Shown here piece by piece: positions 43,883-53,137 of a stretch of DNA of 64,000 nt (position 1 is its first letter; each line of letters starts with the position of its first letter). The notes beneath the pieces were generated by a model. The model did no database searches. It saw only the letters and a list, made by a program, of their open reading frames with translations, and was not told the DNA's origin. Source of the stretch: Phycisphaeraceae bacterium (lineage in GTDB: Bacteria; Planctomycetota; Phycisphaerae; Phycisphaerales; Phycisphaeraceae); NCBI GenBank assembly GCA_029260715.1, contig JAJDCS010000008.1, positions 59,983-123,982 of the forward strand, read 5' to 3'. Made by a program: the position numbers and the translations under genes.

Positions 43883-44848
43883 ATGACGGTCAATCAAATT
43901 TTGTATTTTCTATCGCATCGCCCAAGCAAGTGGACCCTGATTTATCGCTACGCGTCTGTGTTCGTATGGCTGAGCATCGTGCTATTGGCCACGCGCGCGG
44001 GCTATGCACAAGACGCGACAGCCACCCCGCGATGGCCAGAACTGTCTGAAGAACAACAAGTTAAATCCATCGAACAGCTTAAGGAATTTGCCAGTGCCGC
44101 CCAAGGGAAAATTAACCACCCACTGGTCTTGCTGGAAACAAATTTTTTCCTGTTCTACTCCGACCTGAAGCCTAGCGAGGCCCGCTACTGGGCGGGCCTG
44201 TTGGACAAGATGTACCGGCGGCTGGCTGAGATGTTCGGAATGGACAAAAACGCCAACATATGGCTGGGCAAAGCCGTCATTTTTGTGTTTGCCGAGCGGG
44301 TTGATTTCATCAATTTCGAGGTCTCCACATTCAACAGCCCTGTGAGTGATACCATCGCGGGGCTGTGTCACTCCTATCACGATGGGCGGGTTGTGATCGC
44401 TTTTTACCGCCAGCCGTATGAAATGGACTTCGCCGCCCTGCTGGTGCACGAATCGGTGCACGGCTTCCTGCACCGCTACCGCTCGCCTGAGAACGTGACC
44501 ACCTGGGCCAACGAAGGGTTGGCGGAATACATCTCATACGAGTTGGTCCCCAAAGGCCAGGGCGTTCCCAAGGCCCGATCGGAGGCTGTCCAGCACATGA
44601 AGAAATACAGCGACCTAGGGGGTAACTTTTTTACGGCTGACAGGCTGAAATTCTGGCAATACGGCGCGGCTTATGACCTGACGCAGTTCATGATCAAGCA
44701 GAGCAAAAAGCGTTATGTATCATTTATCAACGGGATCAAAGACGGCCTGCCGTGGGAAGAGAGCTTGGAGCAGAACTACGGCGTGAGCCTGTCACGCTTG
44801 GTCGAGGCGTACGGCCGATCGAACGGTGTTAGGTCCCTGCGACCATGA
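43883..44848 (+). CDS. Secreted gluzincin-type (HExxH...E) metallopeptidase-like protein, DUF1570-like
   Basis: Signal/TM (FVWLSIVLLATRAGYAQ), HESVHGFLH and downstream NEGLAEY. The 5' part is low-GC. Confidence 0.55.
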   Translation: MTVNQILYFLSHRPSKWTLIYRYASVFVWLSIVLLATRAGYAQDATATPRWPELSEEQQVKSIEQLKEFASAAQGKINHPLVLLETNFFLFYSDLKPSEARYWAGLLDKMYRRLAEMFGMDKNANIWLGKAVIFVFAERVDFINFEVSTFNSPVSDTIAGLCHSYHDGRVVIAFYRQPYEMDFAALLVHESVHGFLHRYRSPENVTTWANEGLAEYISYELVPKGQGVPKARSEAVQHMKKYSDLGGNFFTADRLKFWQYGAAYDLTQFMIKQSKKRYVSFINGIKDGLPWEESLEQNYGVSLSRLVEAYGRSNGVRSLRP

Positions 44849-45471
44849 ACAACCCCGCCCCCCGCAGCAAACCCGTGATCGGACTGGCCGGCGGGATCGG
44901 GTCGGGCAAGACCCTGGTCGCCAAGCATTTCGAGTCGCTTGGCTGCGGCGTGATCAACGCGGACCAGTTGGCGACCCAGGCGATGGACGACCCAACGGTT
45001 ATCGAGCAGCTCAAACAATGGTGGGGAAGTGGCGTGGTCGGCCCGGAGGGCAAGATCGACCGACGGGCCGTGGCGAAGATTGTGTTCGACGACCCCGAGC
45101 AATTACAGCGGCTTGAGCGGTTGGTCCACCCGCTTGTACACCAGGGGCGGCAGCGCCAACGCCGGGCATTCGACCAAAACCCAGACATTGTGGCCGTTAT
45201 CGAGGACTGCCCCCTGCTCCTGGAAAAGCACATCGACCAGCAGTGCGACACGGTTGTTTTTGTCGATTCGACCCTGGAAAACCGGCTCAAGCGTGTGACC
45301 GCCCAGCGGGGGTGGTCCCCGGATGAACTGGCCCGCCGCGAGAAATTTCAAACGGGACTTGACATCAAGGCCAAGCGTGCCGATTATGTAATAGACAATA
45401 ACGCGGGCCAGGCCGATTGCCTTTTGCAAGTACGCCGCGTTCTTTCCCAGATTCTCCAAGGCCAATCCTGA
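44845..45471 (+). CDS. coaE: Dephospho-CoA kinase
   Basis: VIGLAGGIGSGKT P-loop and INADQLA. ATGA start/stop overlap with the upstream gene. Confidence 0.9.
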   Translation: MNNPAPRSKPVIGLAGGIGSGKTLVAKHFESLGCGVINADQLATQAMDDPTVIEQLKQWWGSGVVGPEGKIDRRAVAKIVFDDPEQLQRLERLVHPLVHQGRQRQRRAFDQNPDIVAVIEDCPLLLEKHIDQQCDTVVFVDSTLENRLKRVTAQRGWSPDELARREKFQTGLDIKAKRADYVIDNNAGQADCLLQVRRVLSQILQGQS

Positions 45472-45519
45472 TCATGCCGCGGCAAGCGTAGCCGTTGCAG
45501 GGACCGCCAAAGCACAAGA

Positions 45520-45710
45520 TTTAACGGTTCCACACCGCCAATACAGGCAACAATCAAGCCAGTTACCAACTGCATGCTGACCTAGCACCGACCCAACAAC
45601 AATAAAAAGTGAGGCCCCAGGGTTTACCGCATTTCCCGACCCTAAGCCTCTTAAACCTTCCACCACCGATTACAACTAAGCAAGTTGACATCCTTTAGGA
45701 GTGCCACTCG
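45520..45710 (+). promoter_or_regulatory. C-rich, G-poor leader upstream of rho (possible rut-like autoregulatory region)
   Basis: By my count 45541-45660 contains 40 C and 19 G. AGGAG lies 9 nt upstream of the rho ATG. Confidence 0.3.
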
Positions 45711-47126
45711 ATGGCCAAAACCACAACACCGTCACGGACAAAAAGAAAAAACACAGGCGGCCCACGCCAAAACGACAACGGACCCGCGTCCCGACCCAAC
45801 GGGTCGTCATCCGACGCGCAGCTCGACGCCGAAACCCAGCAGCGCTACGAGCAGGCCAAGAAGTCTGACCTCTCGATCCGCGATCTTCAAAAAATGTCGA
45901 TCGAAGAGCTGCACGACATGGCCAAATCCGAGGGTGTGGAAAACTACACCGGCCTAAAACGCCAAGACCTGACGTTCCAGATCCTCAAAAGCCGCATCGC
46001 CAAACAGGGGTTGATGTACGGCGAGGGCGTGCTGGAGATCCTCCCCGACGGGTTCGGCTTCCTGCGTAGCCCCGAGTATTCCTACCTGGCCTGCCCGGAC
46101 GATATCTACGTCAGCCCCAGCCAGATCCGCCGGTTCGGTTTGAAGGTCGGGCACATCGTCCAAGGCACCATCCGCCCGCCCAAGGAAAGCGAGCGGTACT
46201 TCGCCCTATTGCGGGTTGACGGCGTGAACGGCCACCCGCCCGAGGCGCTGAACGACCTGTCGAACTTTGAAGACCTCACGCCGCTGCACCCCAAAGACAG
46301 GCTGATCCTGGAAACCTCGGCTGAGAACATCGACATGCGCATCGTGGACCTGGTCACGCCGATCGGTCGCGGCCAACGCGGGTTGATCGTCGCCCCGCCA
46401 CGCACCGGCAAGACCGTGCTGCTGCAAAAAATGGCTAACTCGATCATCACCAATTTTTCAGACGTGAAGGTCTTCGTGCTGCTGATCGACGAACGCCCCG
46501 AAGAGGTCACCGACTTCCGCAACAACACGCCCGAAGACGTCGAGGTCGTCGCCAGCACCTTCGACGAGCAGACCTCGCGCCACGTCCAGGTGTGCGACCT
46601 TGTCATCGAGAAGGCGCGGCGCATGGTCGAGTACGGCCAGCACGTGGTGATCCTGCTCGACTCGATCACACGCATGGCCAGGGCCTACAACACCGAGATG
46701 CCCCACTCGGGCAAGATCCTCACCGGCGGCTTGGACTCCAACGCGCTGCAACGCCCCAAGAAGTTCTTCGGCTCGGCCCGCGCCATCGAAAACGGCGGCA
46801 GCCTCACGATCCTCGCCACTGCCTTGGTCGACACCGGCTCCAAGATGGACGACATCATCTTTGAAGAGTTCAAGGGCACAGGCAACAGCGAGCTACACCT
46901 AGACCGCCGCCTGGTTGAGAAGCGCGTGTATCCATCGATCGACATCGCCGCTTCGGGCACACGCCGCGAAGAGCTGCTGCTGGACAAGAAAGAGCTGGAA
47001 CTCGTCTACCGGCTACGCAAGGTCTTGGCGGACATGAACGTGGTCGAGGCGATGGAGCTACTCAAGAGCCGCCTCGGCAAGGTCAAGTCCAACGCCGAGT
47101 TCTTGCTGACGATGAACCTGGATTGA
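45711..47126 (+). CDS. rho: Transcription termination factor Rho with a basic/polar N-terminal extension
   Basis: Rho N-terminal domain ([18 protein letters not shown]), RNA-binding ([22 protein letters not shown]), Walker A PPRTGKT, and LIDERPEEV. Confidence 0.95.
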   Translation: MAKTTTPSRTKRKNTGGPRQNDNGPASRPNGSSSDAQLDAETQQRYEQAKKSDLSIRDLQKMSIEELHDMAKSEGVENYTGLKRQDLTFQILKSRIAKQGLMYGEGVLEILPDGFGFLRSPEYSYLACPDDIYVSPSQIRRFGLKVGHIVQGTIRPPKESERYFALLRVDGVNGHPPEALNDLSNFEDLTPLHPKDRLILETSAENIDMRIVDLVTPIGRGQRGLIVAPPRTGKTVLLQKMANSIITNFSDVKVFVLLIDERPEEVTDFRNNTPEDVEVVASTFDEQTSRHVQVCDLVIEKARRMVEYGQHVVILLDSITRMARAYNTEMPHSGKILTGGLDSNALQRPKKFFGSARAIENGGSLTILATALVDTGSKMDDIIFEEFKGTGNSELHLDRRLVEKRVYPSIDIAASGTRREELLLDKKELELVYRLRKVLADMNVVEAMELLKSRLGKVKSNAEFLLTMNLD

Positions 47127-47167
47127 TATGCATCTGGATTGATAAAACGAGTCGCCCGCTACGAGCC

Positions 47168-47189
47168 GTCCGCCTCAGGCGGATAAGGG
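47168..47189 (+). repeat. REP-like element, family B, copy 2
   Basis: cgtccgcctcaggcggataagg; about 20 of 22 nt identical to 30342-30363. Confidence 0.5.
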
Positions 47190-47251
47190 AGCGGTCTCCG
47201 GGCAATCCGCAAACAATTTATAGCACGTTGCATTTATAAATTTGATTGACT

Positions 47252-47279
47252 GGGTGGCACGGCTTGCTTGCAAGCCGTG
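47252..47279 (+). repeat. Hairpin repeat family C (also inside the MITE-like element at 5506-5534)
   Basis: gggtggcacggcttgcttgcaagccgtg compared with gggtggcacggcttgctcgtcaagccgtg. The 9-bp stems are identical and only the loop differs. Confidence 0.55.
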
Positions 47280-47460
47280 AAATGCGGGGTCGCCATGTCA
47301 ACGACCACCGAATATCCATCAAAGATAATCACGCCAGACGCTCTAACATGCAACAGAATGTGACCTCACCGCTTGTTCGCGACAATGCATAATGTCCGCC
47401 AGAGAGCGGCTCGTAGCGGATGCTTCACACACACGTTCCCTTGCTTTTGAATAACTGCTC

Positions 47461-48423
47461 TTACAGCCGTTGATACCGGCTGAGCAGGTCGATGATATGC
47501 GGCTGCCGGGGGCGTAGCGTTAGGCTGCGTCGCCAGGAGTCGAGTGCTTCGTCGCGCATGGCCAAGTCGCTGCGCCCGTCTTGGAGGTACTGCGCCATCA
47601 GGCACACGCCCACGCCGTTCAACGCCACCGACCGCTCGCCGCCCAGCGCAATGGCTGCGCGGAAGCTGGTGAGCGCCTCGTCGAATTTCCGCATCTTGAA
47701 ATAGGCGTACCCGATACGCTCGTAGGCTTCGGCGTTGGGGCTGGCGCGGTTGATGGCTTGAAGCACGTTGATCGCCTGGTCGTACTGCTCTAGGCGGATG
47801 CGGGCGTTGGCCAGGCCCATGAGGACCGGCTCGGACACCTCGCCAAGCTCGATCGCCTGCAGGTAGGCCATCACGGCTTCTTTGTATTGCTCCAACTGGC
47901 TGTGGGCGGTGGCGCGGTTGGCCCAGGCGGGCAGGCTGTCTGGGATTAACTCGGTGGCGTGGATGGCGTAAGGCAACGCGTTGCCCGGGCGGTTCTGCTG
48001 GAGGTAAGCCGCGGCGAGGTTGGAGTTGGCGTCAAAACTGTCGGGGTGGATCGCCAGGGCCCGCAGGTAGCTCTCAATCGCTTCTTGGATATGACCGCCC
48101 AGGTGCTGCATCCAGCCCAGGTAGTACCGGGCTTGGAAGTTGTTGGGCTCCAGTTGCACGGCCCGCTCGTAGGACCGGCTGGCCATGTCGTAATCGCCGC
48201 GGTGACGGTAGATGGCGCCCATGCCCATGTGCGCCTCGACGAGTTCCGGGTCCTCTTCCAGGGCCATACCGAACGCGGCCATGGCCGAATCGCTCAGCCC
48301 TTCGCTTAGGTAGTCGTGCCCGCTTTGGAGGAACTCGGCGGCTTGATGGCGGTTAACCTGCTGTGGAAACGGAAACACCGCGCAGCCCCCCGCAAGGCAT
48401 ACCAGCACCCAAGCATGCTTCAT
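47461..48423 (-). CDS. TPR-repeat lipoprotein
   Basis: Lipobox-like VLVCLAGGC followed by 7 or more TPR units (e.g. AMAAFGMALEEDPELVEAHMGMGAIY). Start set at MKHAW; the ORF track begins at 48486. Confidence 0.75.
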   Translation of the reverse strand: MKHAWVLVCLAGGCAVFPFPQQVNRHQAAEFLQSGHDYLSEGLSDSAMAAFGMALEEDPELVEAHMGMGAIYRHRGDYDMASRSYERAVQLEPNNFQARYYLGWMQHLGGHIQEAIESYLRALAIHPDSFDANSNLAAAYLQQNRPGNALPYAIHATELIPDSLPAWANRATAHSQLEQYKEAVMAYLQAIELGEVSEPVLMGLANARIRLEQYDQAINVLQAINRASPNAEAYERIGYAYFKMRKFDEALTSFRAAIALGGERSVALNGVGVCLMAQYLQDGRSDLAMRDEALDSWRRSLTLRPRQPHIIDLLSRYQRL

Positions 48424-48579
48424 AATCCAATCCAAGGCTCTATCTCCCTTGATGTTGCGTAACATTCCGCACAACGATAGGTTCACTGTGACAATAGGTC
48501 AATGCCCCCCGCCTACTTCACGGCGTTGGGGAATAAGCACAGCCTATTTTTACACGACCCCGACCCCGGAGACCGGCTG

Positions 48580-50283
48580 ATGAAGATCGCCTTAGCTCAG
48601 ATCAACCCCACGGTCGGTGATATCGCCGGCAACGCGGACAAAATCAGCCGGTGTATCGCCCGGGCCCGCGCCCAGGACGCGACGCTGGTGGTGTTCCCCG
48701 AATTGGCGATCATCGGGTACCCCCCCAAAGACCTGCTGCTTAAGCCGGCGGTTATTAATCAGTGTGTCCAGGCAATCCACGCGTTGGCTGCGTCCTGCAC
48801 GGACATCGCCGCCCTTATTGGCTACCCCTGCCCCAGCGACGAAGACCAGGGCCGGTCGCTGTACAACGCCGCGGCCCTGTGCCACGGTGGGCGCGTCGCC
48901 CACCGCTTTGTCAAGACCTTGCTGCCGACGTACGACGTGTTCGACGAGCGGCGATACTTCGAGCCGGGCACGCAGCCGCAGGTGGCCACGCTCGACGGCG
49001 TGCGTATCGGCGTGAGCATCTGCGAAGACCTTTGGAACGACGCGGAGTTGCTGCCCCGCCGGCTCTACCACGAAGACCCGATCCAGGCCCTGGCTAAAGA
49101 CGGGGCCCAGGTGCTGATCAACTGCTCCGCCTCGCCGTTTGTCATCGGCAAGCACGCGTTCCGCTTGCAACTGCTGGGCGCCGCAGCCAAACGACACCAA
49201 TTGCCGATTGTGTTTTGCAACCAGTTCGGCGGCAACGACGAGTTGGTCTTCGACGGCAATAGCTGCGTGCTGGCTGCGGACGCGGGCGTGTTGGGCCACG
49301 CCAAGGACTTTGAAAGCGACCTGCTGGTGGTGGACGTGCCGATGGGTCAAGAGCAAGCAACGCCCGGGCAGCGCGTCGAAACCGCCCAAGAAGGCATCGC
49401 GTCTGCCTACCACGCGCTGGTGCTGGGGCTGGGCGATTACTGCCGCAAGTGCGGGTTCAAGTCGATCGTGCTGGGGCTGTCGGGCGGGATCGACTCTGCC
49501 CTGTGCGCGGCGCTGGCGGCGGCGGCACTCGGCGCGGAAAACGTCATCGGCGTGGCCATGCCCTCGCGGTATAGCTCCGAAGGGTCGCTCGCTGATGCGC
49601 GTGAATTGGCTGAACGCTTGAAGATCAGGTTCAGCACGGTCCCCATCAACGACGCCCACGAAGCGTTCGAGCGCATGCTTGGGCCGCACCTTGAAGGCTT
49701 GCCCGCCGACGCGACCGAGGAAAACGTGCAGGCCCGCACGCGCGGGGTGATCCTCATGGCCCTGAGCAATAAGCTCGGCGCCATGCTCGTCTCCACGGGC
49801 AACAAGAGCGAGTTAGCCGTGGGTTACTGCACGCTCTACGGCGACATGGCAGGCGGGCTGGCCGTGCTCAGCGACGTGCCCAAAACGCTCGTGTACGAGC
49901 TGGCGAAGTGGATCAACGATTCGCCCGACTCGCCGTTGCGCAAGCACCACAATGGATCGGTGATCCCTGAAAGCAGCATCACCAAACCCCCCAGCGCCGA
50001 GCTACGCCCCGACCAGACCGACCAGGACTCGCTACCCCCCTACGACGTGCTGGACCAGATCATCGAGAGGTACGTCGAGCAGGAGCAGTCCACCGGGCAG
50101 ATCATCGAGGCCATGCCCGCCGCCGGGGCCGACACCATTCGCAGGATCGTACGCCTGATCGACTTGAACGAATACAAACGCAAGCAAGCGGCGCCCGGTC
50201 TAAAGATCACCGGCAGAGCGTTCGGATTCGGCAGGCGCATGCCCATCGCGCAGCGGTATGAACACGATCAGCGTGATTTGTAG
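48580..50283 (+). CDS. nadE: Glutamine-dependent NAD+ synthetase (CN-hydrolase + NAD synthetase domains)
   Basis: N-terminal nitrilase-like domain (VVFPELAIIGY, ICEDLW) and a C-terminal PP-loop GLSGGIDSA. Start at MKIALAQINP; the ORF track begins at 48502. Confidence 0.9.
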   Translation: MKIALAQINPTVGDIAGNADKISRCIARARAQDATLVVFPELAIIGYPPKDLLLKPAVINQCVQAIHALAASCTDIAALIGYPCPSDEDQGRSLYNAAALCHGGRVAHRFVKTLLPTYDVFDERRYFEPGTQPQVATLDGVRIGVSICEDLWNDAELLPRRLYHEDPIQALAKDGAQVLINCSASPFVIGKHAFRLQLLGAAAKRHQLPIVFCNQFGGNDELVFDGNSCVLAADAGVLGHAKDFESDLLVVDVPMGQEQATPGQRVETAQEGIASAYHALVLGLGDYCRKCGFKSIVLGLSGGIDSALCAALAAAALGAENVIGVAMPSRYSSEGSLADARELAERLKIRFSTVPINDAHEAFERMLGPHLEGLPADATEENVQARTRGVILMALSNKLGAMLVSTGNKSELAVGYCTLYGDMAGGLAVLSDVPKTLVYELAKWINDSPDSPLRKHHNGSVIPESSITKPPSAELRPDQTDQDSLPPYDVLDQIIERYVEQEQSTGQIIEAMPAAGADTIRRIVRLIDLNEYKRKQAAPGLKITGRAFGFGRRMPIAQRYEHDQRDL

Positions 50284-50303
50284 TACCCCATTGCTGATCC
50301 CAT

Positions 50304-50321
50304 GTCCGGGCAGACCCGGAC
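50304..50321. terminator. Hairpin between convergent nadE and lepA
   Basis: gtccggg caga cccggac: 7-bp GC-rich stem with a 4-nt loop. Confidence 0.35.
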
Positions 50322-50349
50322 CAACAGATCTGATCCAGACAACGCTGCC

Positions 50350-52146
50350 TCACTCCTCCGACGACAGCACCGCCATAAACGCTTCCTGTGGGATGTCTAC
50401 CGTTCCCACACGTTTCATGCGTTTTTTGCCTTCTTTTTGTTTTTCGAGGAGCTTGCGTTTGCGTGAGACGTCTCCGCCGTAGCACTTGGCCGTGACGTTC
50501 TTGCCGACGCTCTTGATCGTCTCGCGCGCGATGATCTTGCCGCCTAGCGCCGCTTGGAGGGGGATCTCGAACAGGTGGCGGTCGATCTCTTTCTTGAGTC
50601 GGGTCAGCAGCGACCGGCCACGCTGCTCGGCTTTGTCGCGGTGGACGATGACGGACAGCGCGTCGACCTTCTGCCCGTTGACGAGGATGTCCATCTTCAC
50701 GAGGCGGTCGGCGACGAAGCCGGTCAGCGTGTAGTCCATGGTGCCGTACCCGCGGCTGATGGACTTTAGCTTGTCGTAGAAGTCGTAGATGATCTCGGCT
50801 AGCGGCAGTTCGTACACGAGGATCTGCCGTGTGTCGCTCATGTACTGCTGCTTTTTGTAGGTGCCCCGGCGGGCTTCGCACAGCTTCATGATGTCGCCCA
50901 GCGACTCGTTGGGGGTGATGATCTCGACGCTCACGATGGGCTCACGCACCTCGTCGACCTGGGACATATCGGGCAGGTCAGCCGGATTGGTGATCTGGAT
51001 GACGCTGCCGTCGGTGAGCAGGATTTCATACGTGACAGTCGGGGCGGTCTGGATAATCTGGACCTTGCTCTCGCGCTCCAACCGTTCCTGGATGATGTCC
51101 ATGTGCAGCATGCCCAGGAACCCGCAGCGGAAGCCGAAGCCCAACGCCTCGCTGGACTGAGGAGCAAAGGTGAAGCTCGCGTCGTTGATGTGCAAGCGAT
51201 CGACGGCATCGCGCAGCTCATCAAACTGGGTTTCGCCAGCCGGATAAAAATCGCAAAATACCATCTGTTGGGGCGGGCGGTACCCCGGAAGCGGTTCCCG
51301 GGCGGGGTCGTTATCCAGCGTAATCGTGTCGCCGATGTTCACATCGTCTAGCGTCTTGATCGACGCGACGAGGTAGCCCGCTTCCCCCGCAGCGAAGGGC
51401 TGTTTCATGAGCGTCATCTTGGGCGTGAACTTGCCCATCTCGATAATGGGCCACGCCCGGCCTGTGCCCATGAGGCGGATCTTGTTGCCCACCGCCAGCT
51501 TGCCGTTGAACAGGCGGAAGTAGACGACCACGCCGCGGTAGTCGTCGTAGACGCTGTCGAAGATCATGGCCTGAGTCTTGGCGGCGGGGTCGCCCTTTGG
51601 GCCGGGCAGGCGCGTGCATATGGCTTCGAGCAATTCCTCCACGCCTTTGCCGCTCTTGGCTGAGCAAAACAGGCAATCCTCGGCGGCTAGGCCAAGGATT
51701 TGTTCGACCTCCATCGCCACTTCCTCAGGCCGGGCGGAGGGCAGGTCGATCTTGTTGACGACGGGGATGATCTCCAGGCCGGCCTCGATCGCGGCGTATG
51801 CGTTGGCAACGGTCTGGGCCTCGACGCCCTGCGTGGCGTCAACCACGAGCACCGCGCCCTCGCAGGCGGCGAGCGCCCGGCTGACCTCGTAGTGGAAATC
51901 CACATGGCCGGGTGTGTCGATGAAGTTCAGCAGGTATTTCTGCCCGTCGGCTTGGCAGGTGTAGTTGACGCTCACAGCCGAGGCTTTGATGGTAATACCG
52001 CGTTCCCGCTCCAGGTCCATGCCGTCTAGCAGTTGCGCGCGCATCTCCCGTTCGGTGATGGCACCGGTGCGGTGGAGCATGCGGTCGGCGAGCGTGCTCT
52101 TGCCGTGGTCGATGTGCGCGATAATGCTGAAATTGCGGATGTTCAT
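50350..52146 (-). CDS. lepA: Translation elongation factor 4
   Basis: IRNFSIIAHIDHGKSTLADR, DTPGHVDF, NKID and a LepA C-terminal domain. Start at MNIRNF; the ORF track begins at 52221. Confidence 0.95.
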   Translation of the reverse strand: MNIRNFSIIAHIDHGKSTLADRMLHRTGAITEREMRAQLLDGMDLERERGITIKASAVSVNYTCQADGQKYLLNFIDTPGHVDFHYEVSRALAACEGAVLVVDATQGVEAQTVANAYAAIEAGLEIIPVVNKIDLPSARPEEVAMEVEQILGLAAEDCLFCSAKSGKGVEELLEAICTRLPGPKGDPAAKTQAMIFDSVYDDYRGVVVYFRLFNGKLAVGNKIRLMGTGRAWPIIEMGKFTPKMTLMKQPFAAGEAGYLVASIKTLDDVNIGDTITLDNDPAREPLPGYRPPQQMVFCDFYPAGETQFDELRDAVDRLHINDASFTFAPQSSEALGFGFRCGFLGMLHMDIIQERLERESKVQIIQTAPTVTYEILLTDGSVIQITNPADLPDMSQVDEVREPIVSVEIITPNESLGDIMKLCEARRGTYKKQQYMSDTRQILVYELPLAEIIYDFYDKLKSISRGYGTMDYTLTGFVADRLVKMDILVNGQKVDALSVIVHRDKAEQRGRSLLTRLKKEIDRHLFEIPLQAALGGKIIARETIKSVGKNVTAKCYGGDVSRKRKLLEKQKEGKKRMKRVGTVDIPQEAFMAVLSSEE

Positions 52147-52213
52147 GGCACTGAGCCCGGCATTGTAGCCAAACCACGGGTGGGCCGATGGCGACACGGT
52201 ATCATGGCCGGCG

Positions 52214-53137
52214 ATGAGCACCGGAACGGCATCTCAAACCTCGGTTTGCGGGTTTAGCTTTGGCCGCAACCTGTCGAAGCTGAATTACCCGGTCGAGGCG
52301 GCGGTCGGCAGCGTGTTGCCGCTGTGCGACCGGTTTGTGTTCGCGGTGGGCGACAGCGAAGACGACACGCGCCGGCGCGTCGAAGCGATCTCGCCGAAGA
52401 TTGAAATCATCGACACGGTTTGGCCTGATGTTCAGGTGGACGGGGAGGTCTTGAGCATCGAGGCAAACAAGGCCATGACCGCGGCCGAGGCGACCGGTTG
52501 CACCTGGGGTTTTTACATCCAAGCCGACGAGGTGGTTCACGAAGACGACCTGCCGCTGGTGCGAGCAGCCATGGACCACTGGACGGGGCATAGCGAAGTC
52601 AAGGCCCTGCTGTTTAAGTACCTGCACTTTGTGCTCGACTACCGGACGACCGACCCGTGGATGTACCACAAAGCCAGCCGGGTGGTCAGGCTCGATGGGT
52701 CGTGCGATATTTTTGGTGACGCGTGCGGCCCGGGGTTGCGCGATTACAAGGGGACGGTCAACGACGGCTACCTCGACAAGCGTCACCTCGGCAAGCACGT
52801 GCGCTGGGCGAGCGACCCGGCAAGCGGGCTGGGGGGCGCCAAGGCGCGCGTGTTCCACTACGGCTGGGTCAAGACGCGCCGGGAACTTGACGAAAAGTTT
52901 CAGATGGTTGAGAAGCTGTGGTGGGGCACGCTCGACCCACAAGAAAAAGACCGACGCAAGAACAACAAGTTCGGCGCGTTCGTGGACCGTTACCCTTTTT
53001 TGAAAAACTTCACCGGCTCTCACCCGTCAGCCATGCGGGAACGCATCGCGGCCCACCCCCCCTACCGCCCCGGGCGCAACCGCTGGCTCAACCCGCGGTT
53101 TTACGGGCAGGTGCTGCGTCACGGTTTCCACGGGTAA
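52214..53137 (+). CDS. Glycosyltransferase family 2-like protein
   Basis: The pattern CGFSFGRNLSKLNYPVEAAVGSVLPLCDRFVFAVGDSEDDT...WGFYIQADEVVHEDDL matches, from memory, a GT2-like family common in polysaccharide loci. Needs an HMM check. Confidence 0.5.
   Translation: MSTGTASQTSVCGFSFGRNLSKLNYPVEAAVGSVLPLCDRFVFAVGDSEDDTRRRVEAISPKIEIIDTVWPDVQVDGEVLSIEANKAMTAAEATGCTWGFYIQADEVVHEDDLPLVRAAMDHWTGHSEVKALLFKYLHFVLDYRTTDPWMYHKASRVVRLDGSCDIFGDACGPGLRDYKGTVNDGYLDKRHLGKHVRWASDPASGLGGAKARVFHYGWVKTRRELDEKFQMVEKLWWGTLDPQEKDRRKNNKFGAFVDRYPFLKNFTGSHPSAMRERIAAHPPYRPGRNRWLNPRFYGQVLRHGFHG

Noticed and set aside
53119-53137. Convergent coding overlaps: 53119-53137 between the GT2-like and kinase genes, and 57740-57786 between the methyltransferase and asnB.
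   Set aside because: Short 3'-end overlaps of convergent genes are common in compact high-GC genomes. They may also partly reflect uncertain C-terminal tails. They are not evidence of a special mechanism.
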